From NCBI GenBank assembly GCA_030141605.1, contig JAQGDQ010000077.1, forward strand, positions 647,183 to 711,182: a DNA stretch of 64,000 nucleotides, in the 5' to 3' direction. Shown piece after piece: positions 25,259-64,000 of the stretch (positions are counted from its first letter, which is position 1; every line of letters begins with the position of its first letter). Both the position numbers and the translations under genes were made by a program. This stretch comes from Tubiluchus corallicola (taxonomy: Eukaryota; Animalia; Priapulida). The notes under the pieces were generated by a model. The model was given only the letters and a program-made list of their open reading frames with translations. It had not been told where the DNA came from and did not search any database.

Positions 25259-25489
25259 GCAAAGTAACAATATTTATCCACACACGTAATCGTCGAAATC
25301 AACATTTAATACTTGATAATTCTACATAATTTTATGGTATAATTTGTGTAAAAATGTACATGTTATAAATGTATATAATGTAAACTTAAAATGATTTGTT
25401 TTAGCATCTCAGCGTAGTATATAACGCGCATCCTCTGCTTCGTATGATGCCATTCAGTAAATTCAAGTAACGCTGAGGTGCTGAATTAA

Positions 25490-25770
25490 TACTCGCCAAG
25501 TAACTCGCAAGCATGTTCAGTCTAGAGAACAAAACTTGCTGCGAGCTGCTCTTTGATATTAAGGGGGAAGTGACACCCAGTTTTCTATTCACTGCAAGTA
25601 ACTCGCCAAGTTACTCACCAGGGGCGTTCACACTAATCAGTAACTAGCAGGAAATCAACTCACAACAATTGTCGAAAGAGTTTGCAATAACTAGCCGACA
25701 GTAACTCGGAAAGCAGTTCGCACTTGCGAGTTTGTTGTCAGAGAGAAAACTTGCGATAGAAAACTCGTTA
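25490..25770. repeat. Cluster of AACTCGCC/AACTCGC motifs, probable decayed non-autonomous DNA transposon
   Basis: About 7 variants of TAACTCGCCAAG, plus inverted TGCGAG motifs. Confidence 0.4.
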
Positions 25771-26637
25771 AATCTTTCAATTAGAACACCATTTACCGTT
25801 ACTATGATCCGATTTTCATAAAAATTTACAATACGAAGTATGTATATTGTGGAGCCACGATATAAAAACGGCTAAAAACTTATGTGAACGAGACTTGCAT
25901 CACGCAAAACAGATCTTTTGTAGAACTACTACGTAAGCGAATCCCAAAAAATTACGTGTGTAACAACACGCACACACCCTCTGTTAAGATGCAATGCCTT
26001 TGCTAATACGTAGGTAACTACATTTCTTTGTTTTGCGCAGCAACAATGTATAGGATAAATTACATTATTAATGCTTATTAAATTACAGAACCTAAACAGG
26101 TTTTACAAACATTTGAATTTCGTAGCAAAATTACTCCCGAAAAATCAATTGTTAGAAATCACCTGTTTGGTCACCATAATTTTTAAACAATACAATTTAT
26201 CGCTTGCAACATTACTAAAGAAACAGATGTATTCACTCCATTTTAGCTGTAACATAAATTTGTGATTTCCAGAAGCGACGTCATTTGGTTAGATTGCGTA
26301 AGTTTTAAAGCTCATGCAAAGCGAAACATTAATAAGACGAAAAACTTCCCGTAATAAAATCATCATAGTAAGTGAGGTCAACCACCGCAGGTTGATCGTG
26401 TGCTCGGTGATGAAAAATTTAATGTAAACTTGGGCTGTTCTCATCTTGCGTATGAGGCAAACATAAATATCAAGAAAAATTATAATAAATAGCACTAATA
26501 TAGTATTAATAATTTATAATTTAAGTCCGTTAAGCCAAGTTACCCTATGCACTGCTTGTAAAACTTCAAGTAATATACTTTGACAACTAATATATTCGGT
26601 GATATTCGGTGCATATATATATATATATATATAATAT

Positions 26638-26845
26638 ATTCGCTGTTATATTCGGTACATTTCTACTAGTCCTTGTGGCAGTGAAATGAACCAGCTTAAA
26701 CCAAGATTATATAAAATATTTTAATTGCCATTTCTCGATTGACAAAAGGTATGACGGTCACACCGCAAACCGTTTCATTTCTTCATATTTATACATATAT
26801 ACATCTACAAATATATATACATATGTATATCTATCTATATCTATA

Positions 26846-26917
<72 letters not shown>

Positions 26918-27511
26918 AATTATATATATAACAACACACCGAATCACGGTACGACCTGAGATGGCCTATACCAAGTTGTGTTAAAATGATCGCCCGCGCC
27001 TATATTATTGTCACACTTTTCCTCTCGTGACGTCACTAGAAGCAAATATGCACACTTATACATCATTCTGCAGACAGCTCAATTTCCCATGTACATGGCT
27101 TGTCTTGTTTTACAGTCAGCCTTATTAGCAATCTTGTCCGATTATGATGTTTGTTTAGTCTGTAATGAATGCCATGAAACTGCGGAAAGCTGGCATGTCT
27201 TGGCTACCTGCTTGGCTGCTGATTTGATTTTCTAGCTACTGGCATTTCTGTTTCTCTGTTCTCAGCTAAGACTTTTGTAAAAAGCAAACTAGGCAGCAAA
27301 ATAGTTATGACGTCAAAAATGCGGTTTCCCTGACATCATCAAATCGATAAATTTCAACAGATTCACTGTGATATTCGGTACATTTCTACTAGTCCTTGTG
27401 GCAGTGAAATGAACCAGCTTAAACCAAGATTATATAAAATATTTTAGTTGCCATTCTTCGATTGACAAAAGGTATGACGGTCACACCGTGGAAACCGTTT
27501 CAATTCTTTCA
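26638..27511. repeat. ~145 bp direct repeat pair (26638..26785 and 27361..27511) flanking a TA/TC microsatellite and two CRE motifs
   Basis: The shared sequence ATATTCGGTACATTTCTACTAGTCCTTGTGGCAGTGAAATGAACCAGCTTAAACCAAGATTATATAAAATATTTT..GATTGACAAAAGGTATGACGGTCACACCG is nearly identical in both copies. Confidence 0.85.
26822..26913. repeat. Compound (TATC)/(TC)/(TA) microsatellite
   Basis: Direct reading. Confidence 0.9.
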
Positions 27512-27744
27512 GCAAGTTGTAACATGACGGCTGAAACTTTTTTCTATTTCAAGATCAATGCTATGTATTCAAAAAGTTTTAATAAAATTTATAGCCTGGA
27601 CCGCTTTACAGAAAAATGGGAAAAATCTTACAACCACTGCCCGAAACAAGCTTGTCCTTTAGTTTTTGTAGTTTGAGGAGCTTTTCTTAGAAAAAAACAA
27701 CATAAAAACATCCGTTTAAGCGTAGCGGATACTGCATCTTCTGT

Positions 27745-28100
27745 AATGATAATGACAATGATAACGATGTCAGTGACAGTGACAGTGACAAATAATGATA
27801 AAGATAATAATAAGATAATGATAATGATAATGGTATTGGTAATGATAATGATAATGATAATGACAATGACAATGACAATGACAATGACAATGGCAATGGC
27901 AATGACAATGACAATGACAATGACAATGATAATGATAATGATAATGATAATGGTAATGGTAACGATAATGATAATGATATGATGATAATTATTATGATTA
28001 TGATAATGGAAACGAAATAATAATAACGATGTTAATACTACTGATAATGACAATGCCAATAAATAATAATGACAATGGCAACCATACCGATAGCAATAAC
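27745..28100. repeat. (ATAATG/ACAATG)n hexamer microsatellite
   Basis: Direct reading; explains the MIMT/IVIV/SLSL ORFs. Confidence 0.9.
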
Positions 28101-30479
28101 AACGCATGAAAGTGGAAATTACTTGCTGTATGAATTATTTTAATGTGGAAATTATTTTAAATTGGAATAATTTAACTTTTTACTTTAACTGAGAACGATA
28201 GTTGCACTATCGGAACTTTTCCTCTTGTCATGTATCTATACTATGTCGTATTTGATCTTATATTGATTTTTATTGGTAACTAAAGCTCTGTGAGGTGAAA
28301 ACGAATGTAACGTGTATTTTTTATGTTTCCGCGATATTTTTTTTAAATACACACATTTCTGTCGAATGTGCCACATCTTCATGCATCATACACCACGCAG
28401 CAGACTGAAATCAAGGTTTTCCTTAGTATTCTTTTGAAGTAACTACACGTCCTTCCTCTTCTGTGTTGTCTATGCAGGAGAGTGTGCATCAGAACTGTGA
28501 ACAAAGTTTAAAGGCCGTCACTAGATTACATTGTTAGCAGCTTCAATTTCGCCTGTATGTTACTCTGGCCAATTAGATGATTAGCTACTAAGTTGATTAG
28601 GATACCGCAAATGCTGAGATTATAAGAAATGAATGAGTTTGGAAGGATCTGCTGCTACTCAAGTGGACTACTGTAGTCCACGCACAGAGTACAGACTTTG
28701 CATTCCCAAGTTGCACGTTTTTTTTACATTTTGAAAATGAGATTTGTCGTAGCACAAGGACCGAGGAACTAAAGCACTGGGTTCATTGGTGACTTAGATA
28801 AGCTACTCGTCCTTGGCCTCAAAGACCTTCGATCTCTCGGTTAGGGTCATGCAGTGGCTTTTGGGCGCCTTTCTATTTGTAATTTCTCCTTGGCAGAATA
28901 GGATTTTGATAAGAGCATAAGGTTAGTTGGGCCAGGGTAAATAGGAAAAGAATGGTTTGTATATTGTTGACTGCTATAGTGTAGTGATGTCTACATAGAT
29001 GGACTGTGTGTTTAAAAAACAAAAAACAAAAATGGTTTATAAATTATTGGTGGGACCAGATCAGTAAGGAGCTTTAAAATGTTGGTTTTACTTATGGAAA
29101 ACGGTGGGAATCATATTTCAAAACGCAAAAGTTTATTTATCATTTTCACCTGAGAATACCTAGTCAAGATATGTGAGTTCCTTGATCTAGTTCGGAGAAA
29201 CTTCAAACTTTAAAAAAATGTTACAACAAGTATTCTTTTTCTTTAAAAAAAACCGTGTTTGTTTGGTCGTTGAAAATCCAGTGACTTCAAAACAACGTAA
29301 ACGTGGCCAAGCTAAAAATGTAACTTGTAACTGAGTGGTCACGGTGTCCGCTTGGCTGCAAAGTTTAACAAAGTTTGATCCGGTTAGTAAACGGAGACAG
29401 CTAGGAAAACTGTAGTTTAGTTTCGTTTGCCGTACAGTTTCCAGCTATTTCTCCCATTTAGACAGATTTGTATACTCATCCTAACATACCTCTCCTAGTT
29501 TAATATAACACCACAAAAGATTATCTTTGAAAATAAGATAGGTATGTTCCTGCCACAACCATCTACGTTAAGTAGGCTCTGCCCCTGATAGCTTAACAGA
29601 GTCTTGCAGAGAATCAAACAGTCTAATAAACAATCAAATAAAAATGCCACAGCGACCTGGTGTACCGGCTCTTACTTCTCCAGCAACGTCGTATCCGTTT
29701 CCATTTCATAACACAATTCACTGCGCTTAATGGCTGCAAATATTAGTAAGTAAAACATTAGCAATGCATTCCATGTAATAACATGTTTTATGATCCTGTC
29801 GTCTGTTCAGAAAATTTATAGGAAACCATAATTATCATAACACGGAGTGTATGCGGAATAGGTACAGCTGTAGTTAGGTAAAGACTGAGAAGTATCAACT
29901 TTCATATCACGTTCTTACGGGACATCATTTGTATGTGCAAACAGCCCACTTTGGCTTCCTAGCTGATTGCATGTCAATAGAAATTTTGTGTACTTTGTCG
30001 TCCACAAGATTGTTTACCATTTATGGCTGCACAAACTTCCGATATGCTCGTTTGCATCAGTATCTCAAAGCCGCTTTTTAGGCGTTTAAAGCAAGTGGCG
30101 TCATTTTTGTTAAAATGACTTTTTTGAATGCCGTTACGAGCCCCATGTTACCTTCAATAACGAAGATTATCGTTTTAACTTAATTTTTTCACCTCATTTA
30201 TATTGGAGAAAAAAGCCACAACTTTTCGCGCTATTTACATTTGATGGTACAGAAAATGTATTTTTTTAATCTGAAATGTTACTTGCCATGGAATGTGAAA
30301 GAGTTTAGAAATTCCCAACGCTGTACAAAATTGCAAATAATTTTTAGGGTTCTGCGCAACGTTTTGGCTTTCCTTTTTGAGCAGCATCAAAATCTATGGT
30401 TTTGCGATGTTAATAATATTGAAAACCATTATGAAATCCAAAAGAAATGTCACGAAAATGTGGCCTGTAAATAAGTAAA

Positions 30480-30690
30480 AAAAACGTTTTATATCATCAT
30501 TTATTAAACTTAGTATATTTGTGTCCGCCTCATTAGTTAGAGCCATCTCGTGTAGATGACAAATAATTAACTAATTAAATTAATTGTTTTCTAGTAATTT
30601 ACGCGGGATTTAGTTGAACATGTAAGCCAAATTGGCGAAAGTTTTTAATACATGTATGTGCGCGATGAGATCATGAAATTCATTATGGCC
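30480..30690. repeat. ~210 bp diverged direct repeat, copy 1 (partner at 32435..32655)
   Basis: Shared CATTTATTAAACTTAGTATAT.TGTGTCCGCCTC..TGACAAATAA..TTGTTTTCTAGTA..TAGTTGAACATGTAAGC..AAGTTTTTAATACAT. Confidence 0.8.
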
Positions 30691-30839
30691 TTCTACTACT
30701 GTAAATGTAGCGGTAGTTTTTTTAGACAAAATATAAAACAACCAATAGAAAACACCCACGCACGAACCGCGCAGTGAACATCATACTATTGCCACATTAA
30801 ATAAACAAATAAATGACAACTAGCAGCCAAGAGCCATAA

Positions 30840-30975
30840 AGTCTGTTATTGGCAGGCTAAGGGTTCGGCGCGAACTCGTGACACGTGACCGCTGATGTCA
30901 CACAAGGAAGCCAGTGCCTAAGCTCTATGTGTGGGCTAAATAAGCAGCAACAATAAGAACAAGTTGTTAGTGTTA
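30840..30975 (+). promoter_or_regulatory. Core promoter of the neuropeptide gene
   Basis: TATA-like TAAATAAG at 30937..30944 lies 32 bp before an Inr-like TTAGT (A at 30969). Upstream are a CACGTG E-box (~30882), a CRE-like TGATGTCA (~30893) and an inverted CCAAT (~30848). Confidence 0.55.
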
Positions 30976-31081
30976 ACATCGGTGCTGGTTTTGAGAAGAG
31001 AATACCTTTCAAGGGAGCTGAAGAGAAGGGAAAAAGAAAGAGGAATATCGCCTCTAGGGAGCAGCTGCAGGAAAGGAAAAA

Positions 31082-58181
<27,100 letters not shown>

Positions 58182-61100
58182 TTTTAATATCACATCAATT
58201 TTCCCACAGAAAAGGGAAAAAACGAAAAAACTTGTGGGTGAAAAATGCTGCTTAATATAGAAACCGTTTTCTATTAAAAGTGACCAATTCGACAGTCAAC
58301 TAAAAAGTTATAACAATTACTGGTCCTTTACTGGATACGTTTCTCACAGCATATAGTGGTATTCTGCTCCATTAATGGACATGTACATGTATAATACTGT
58401 TAGTTGATTTTAATTTAGGGCTTATAGAGTCTATAGCCCATATACGTCAGAACTGTCAGAACTCATTTTTGTATTGACTGGGAAAAATTTCAACATTTTT
58501 CACTAAAACAATTCTAAATGTAATCAAATGTTACCGGCAATGTAAAATCCGCATTTCGCTTAACAGTTTTAATCAGTAAAGTTATAGCTGCTAGTCCAGA
58601 AAAAACTCAATCCAGAATGCATTAATTTCAACAATTCAGAACTTCTAGTGCAGAGATTTGACAAAAATTTGGCATATGGACTCTGTATATTAATGCTGCA
58701 ATTAATATAGTTGGAAATTAAAATCTCACTACATGAAAATTTTCACCTGCTCTAAGGAGGTTCACAGAAGGTCAGGTCTCAATTTAATTTAGGAATTTCG
58801 TGACCGGAACCAGGTCTATCACTGATATCGGGATTGTAAAAAATGACTCACCTTAAAAGAATCATTCGTCATGCGCTCGTATCACGTGTAACGTGTGCAA
58901 TTTAGCTTAGTATAGCTAGAATCACGCAAACACACGTAATAACGTGTTTTTAAAAATTCTAAAGGGACAGCTAATTCTTTGATTGCTAATATTATTTTGC
59001 CTTATGTTATTAAGGCTACAAGACCAGGAAATAAACACACAAAACTAAAGAAACGATTGGCCAGTACTTGAAAAAATTATTAATTATTAATTAAAACTTT
59101 TTAACTAGACAACCTTGAGAAAACTGTAAAACTATCTGATTTCGCGCTACATAGTCAAGCTACGTCGCAACTTTAATTACGGGATCCTGGGATTGGCAGC
59201 ATTGCTCGAGGGACTAGAAAATCAACCCAGGAATCCCGGGATTGAGAGCTCTAGTAGTATGTTTGATATTGTACTGTCAAAGCTATGCCATCTTCTCAAA
59301 ACAACCCAAAACTTTATTGAACAAGTGAACTAATTTCCTTCAAAATGATGAATAGCCGCCATGCCATACTGACTGAAAACCAATAAACTATTCGGTACGC
59401 GATTTATTGAACGAGACGGTACGTCACTTCTAGGTACAATGTATGTACTTTTACATCTGTTACTGAAAAAACTGTAACACGTCTTAAATCTTCGAAATTT
59501 GCAGCAGTCATAGAATATCTTCTTAATTTAATGTGGTAAAAACCTAATCTCAGTTATCTTTAAACCTTCAAAGTCAATTATTGGACTTTGAGTTTAGCAC
59601 ACGTGGGTCACCCGATATAAGACGTAGGCCTGTGTAATAGATGATAACTTGTTGTTAATCACATAAGAATGCAAAAAACGTATGCAATAAATGTATAGTA
59701 GATGCGGTCTAAGTGTCACAAATTTCAGTATAATTATTTGGAAACATCATTATTTATATTTAAACAGATGTTGTAAATAATATCGGAATCAAGGGTGTCG
59801 TGATAAAGACAACTATTGGTAACATTCAACTGTCTTTCAGTACAAAGGATGCAAATCAATGCTAACATAAGTCACTCACTGCTTAACAAATTTCTGCCGC
59901 CATAACAGATGGCGCTCGTCTACAATGTAGGTATTTTAAGCACACTGTTGTTATAATCTGTTAATTTAAGCTGCTATAAGTCATTTACTGAAATAGCAGA
60001 AATTATTACTACACTTACACAGTCTGGCTCAGTGAAAGACTGCTAGTTATTTTGTTATAGTTCGGATCTCTATATGTTTGGCACTAAATTAATTTGCGGA
60101 ATTGAAATGTTTGATTTCAATAAACTTTCGATCTTCACCAGTCATTTTTATAGCTCTATAAGTTAGGCTTGTTGATGGCTTAAAGATACCTGTATTTGGT
60201 CGTGCCTGTAAGCTATTGTAAGTTATGTAATCACGATTTCTAGATTTGAGTTGTTTTTTCCGTTTATCAGCTGAAACAGTTTGATCATACTAGAGACAGT
60301 ATTTCATTATTTTAACAGAGCCGACTTATTCGCAATGAGATGGCTTGTGCATACTCAGATAGTTTGCTTTTAAACACCAAGCTAGTTCATTCATATGAAA
60401 ACGGCATAAAATCAAACTGAAATTATTAATTAATGCACCAACAAGACTTGTTCTAAAAATGGTTTTCTCACCTGCTAACACAGTTTATTAACGTATGGAG
60501 AATAGTTATATTGGCTAAATACACCAAAAATATCTTTCTATTGTGAATTTCACGGGGCAAGAATTTTCTTGCACCGAAATACTCCACTCACAGTTAATAT
60601 CTTATTATTATAGAAACGGTTTTTTTCACACCGTGTTGAGTTTATACAAAATGAGAAGGTTTAACCTGGTTAAAACAATTTATTCAGATAAAAATACCAT
60701 ATTCAAAAGAAACAGTTACACACTGCAGCACTTTAGTAAAGCTGGGGTAATTACGTGCCCTGAAACATGTTGTTTATGTTAAAAAAGATCACGTGAGTTA
60801 AAATAGCTTATCTACACTAAAATGGTTTACTAATGCTGAGCAATTTTTTCATGCTGGCTTATAGCAGTTGCCAAGCTGAGAATATCTTTTCATATAAAAA
60901 AGCTTTATATATACTGAAGCAATTTCTTCACACTAAAATGGATTACTCACACCATGCAGTTTGAGTCTAGTAAATAAAGTGTTGAAAAAACTATGTTAGT
61001 GTGAAACACTGCTTCTTGACACACAAATAAACGAGCCAGCAAATAGCAGTTTAAAAGTTAGTTATTTTTGACACTGTTCTTATATACATTTAAATGTAAG

Positions 61101-62579
61101 CAACGCACTATAGCTTTAATAAATAACAATTTTATTTAGCAGTGCATGTCTCTTACAAAGCATTTACATTCCTTAGGAAGCGCATTTGTACGAATCGTTT
61201 CAGAAAAAAAAACATGGAAGACGTTGAAACATTGAAGACTTGAAAACGTATCTCGTGGCTTCTAAAAGCAGGTATATTAATAAAGTAAGGATAGCGTCCC
61301 TACGATGTTAACACAGCAAACTTCTTTAAAAGGCTTCATTAATTATCATAACTTAGATAACTTATTTAAATATGGAAAAAAATGAAAGATGAAAAACGTA
61401 AAGGTGATAAACTGTTGCTTGAATAAAGGCATTAAAAACGATTCGCACAATTAGTGTAAAAAAACAAGACATGCAACTTAAAAGTTCTTGCTTTGGTTGG
61501 GAAAATAGGCATTTTTTTTAGAAAAAACGTTGTTTAATTCATGTCTCACACTATTGAATTTTATCGCACACTATTCTTGAATATTCTCCGTCTAATAGTT
61601 TTGTCACAGGTAAAAATAAAACACACATGTTTATAACGCGTAACAGTGCGTACTTTGTTGGCGCAAGATACTCTCGCACTCTCGCAAATTTTACATTAAC
61701 ATAAACGAATTCCTTGTATTATTTTCTTCGTGCCACGCAATTCCTACAGAGATGACATCTAATTCCATTATTGAATGGCAGACACACTATGATTCAGCGA
61801 ACTATTCGGCTTGTGAGGCACTGATAGAGAAAGTTTCGAAAACAAGTTTGCCGAAGTGAGCTTAAGAGAAAATTAAGAGCGAGGGAAAGTACCTAATTTA
61901 CCTCAGATAAAATTTAGTAATGCGTCATCATTCTGCTCGCGGAAGAAGGTATGGGGGGCGGGGGGGGGGGCAGTCTGCAAACACGAACTTCGTCAAACTG
62001 AACATTTGGTTAAAAAACCCGATATAAGTTTAAAGCCATTTTCCCCTTAACACCAGCACGCAACTTCTTTACGTTGACAAGCCTACATTCCAGTTGCCTT
62101 CAAACTTTCGCCTTCCCATCAATGCATGCAAAATTTGCAGAATGCCCATGTAAGAACAAACTGTACAGGTGAGATCGATTACATAAAGTAAATTAATTAA
62201 GCAGCATAGTTAAGAATTTCGTGTTCTATTATCACTATCAGCCTGACGAAGTACAAATAATACCTAGCTTGAGGGCATTAGTGCTACTGGTGACAATACC
62301 GTGAAGTCATAAATGCACTGTTGTCCAAAAAAGCACTATTAGTTGTATTATATGTTAATAAAAATTCCAGATAAAAAGCATTTTATTAACAAACAACTAA
62401 TACTCCTTCACTTGAGCTTGAGCTTGTATTGAAAGCTTTCTATGAAATGTCATATTGATTGAACATGTGACGTTCTTTTGGCGAGTTGCAGAATTTTTCA
62501 GAAACGTGTACGTATTAACGTACGTATTACGAACGTGTATGTATTACAACACATTACACTATAGGAAAATGTCACGTGC

Positions 62580-62791
62580 AAACAGACAGTAAGGCAGGCA
62601 GATAGACAGACAGGTAGGAGACAGATAAACAAAGAGACAGACAGACAGACAGAAAAGCTGATAGACAGACATGCAGACAGACTAACTAGCTGGCTGGCTG
62701 ACTGCTAACTAGCTGACTGATTGACTGGCTGGCCAGCCGGCCGGCTGACTGACTGACTGACTGACTGACTGACTAACTAACTGACTGACTG
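62580..62791. repeat. (GACA)/(GGCT)/(GACT) tetramer microsatellite
   Basis: Direct reading. Confidence 0.85.
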
Positions 62792-63219
62792 TTGAATTAC
62801 AGATAAATGAAACATCTAGAAATGAAACACATTAAAAGAGCTTGCTATGACAAGCACCAAAAGCCCTATATGTCTTAAGTCCTGCTTGATAAAAAGAGTC
62901 TCACATTCAGCCAAACAATGCAGCAAACTCGTGCCTGTTCCAAGCAACCAGAAAATTTAATCACTTACCCCTAATATTAAGAACTGTGCCAAGTTAAAGA
63001 GCACGCTATGATTTATAATCATTTATGAGCAAAAAGTATGGTTTATGATCAAAAAATGCATTCAGGCATAAGACTTAGCTGCAAGCAGTTTGTACGCCTT
63101 CATAAAAAAAAACGTGACCTTGTAGCATAATAACCAGGCAACAGAGTAGGCCTATATCACAATATAGATAGCATTACTTGGTCTTTTCCTCTGCAAGACG
63201 AATGGGACAAGTGACAGAA

Positions 63220-63333
63220 CAGGAAGACACGTGACATAAAATTGGCGAATAGGACCCTTGTCCTGTAAGCACTGTGCAGGAGGACACGTGACATAAAATT
63301 GGCGAATAGGACCCTTGTCCTGTAAGCACTGTG
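63220..63333. repeat. 57 bp tandem duplication
   Basis: CAGGA(A/G)GACACGTGACATAAAATTGGCGAATAGGACCCTTGTCCTGTAAGCACTGTG x2. Confidence 0.9.
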
Positions 63334-64000
63334 GTAATAAATATGAAAGTGCCTGGCTGAATGCTTCAGAAATAGTAACACATGTTAAAACGACAACACG
63401 AAGCGAGAGGATTTATTGAAACTATCGTAACTGAGAATGATCATGAAGAAATTGCTAATTGGAGTAACATTGATGATTGTCGTTTATATCGGCACAACTG
63501 AAGGTCAGTTACAAGTTCCACGTTAATAGCAACAATTTAGTAATTAATTTCGGTATACTTTTCATTTTTATTTATTCTTTTACTATACTTTTAAGTTTAT
63601 TAACTTATTTATATTTTAGAGTTTGCCATTTTGCAACCAATAATTTTAACATTATTCATGCATAAATTACTTGCAGAAATGTTTTTCTCCTGTAAAATTA
63701 TTTATTTTTCAAATATTTTTCTTCACTCTTTTCAAAACTAATATATCGCGTATTTTGTATATACATTGTAGTTTTCTAAAGATTTATTGTAGTTTTCTAA
63801 AGATTTGTTTCTATCATATACAAGTTTTAATTTATTTTTATTGCTTGTAAGTTTTAACAGGTGTTATCACCGATGTTATTGCTTTTTATCAATTTCTCTT
63901 AACTTTCTGCATACAAATTTCATGTGAGTATAAATTAAATGTAATTTTAAGCCAAATATTATACCTAACAGTTTCAGTATCATAAAATATTGGACTGAAT

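Noticed and set aside
27628-28107. Long hydrophobic Ile/Val ORF and overlapping ORFs
   Set aside because: Hexamer microsatellite open in several frames.
63157-63381. ORF with duplicated HSAYRTRVLFANFMSRV
   Set aside because: Product of a 57 bp near-identical tandem duplication; no splice or homology support. Two units with no spacer, so not a CRISPR array.

Overview
AT-rich, intron-containing animal (invertebrate, probably protostome) genomic DNA, not prokaryotic. Most ORFs in the six-frame track are spurious or are exon fragments. Manual exon assembly supports four spliced genes. (1) The last three exons of a cytosolic sulfotransferase (+, 119..1214), with a SULT4A1-like shortened lid and a degenerate PAPS motif. 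(2) A complete 6-exon SDF4/Cab45 CREC-family EF-hand gene (-, 2830..7920, 423 aa, ending HDEF). (3) A complete 8-exon ZMYND12 gene (+, 8268..17323, 391 aa), head-to-head with SDF4 and with a GC-AG first intron. (4) An orcokinin/pedal-peptide-type neuropeptide precursor (+). Its signal-peptide exon (31082..31162, behind a TATA+Inr promoter) lies ~25.7 kb upstream of two peptide-encoding exons (56898..57260, 58092..58181), which would release LDSLAGFGLGxQ and FDPIExAGFGxFV peptides. The rest is intronic or intergenic DNA with decayed LINEs, SINEs, MITE-like inverted repeats, a HINE-like composite repeat and many microsatellites. All homology calls come from motif recognition by eye, not database searches.
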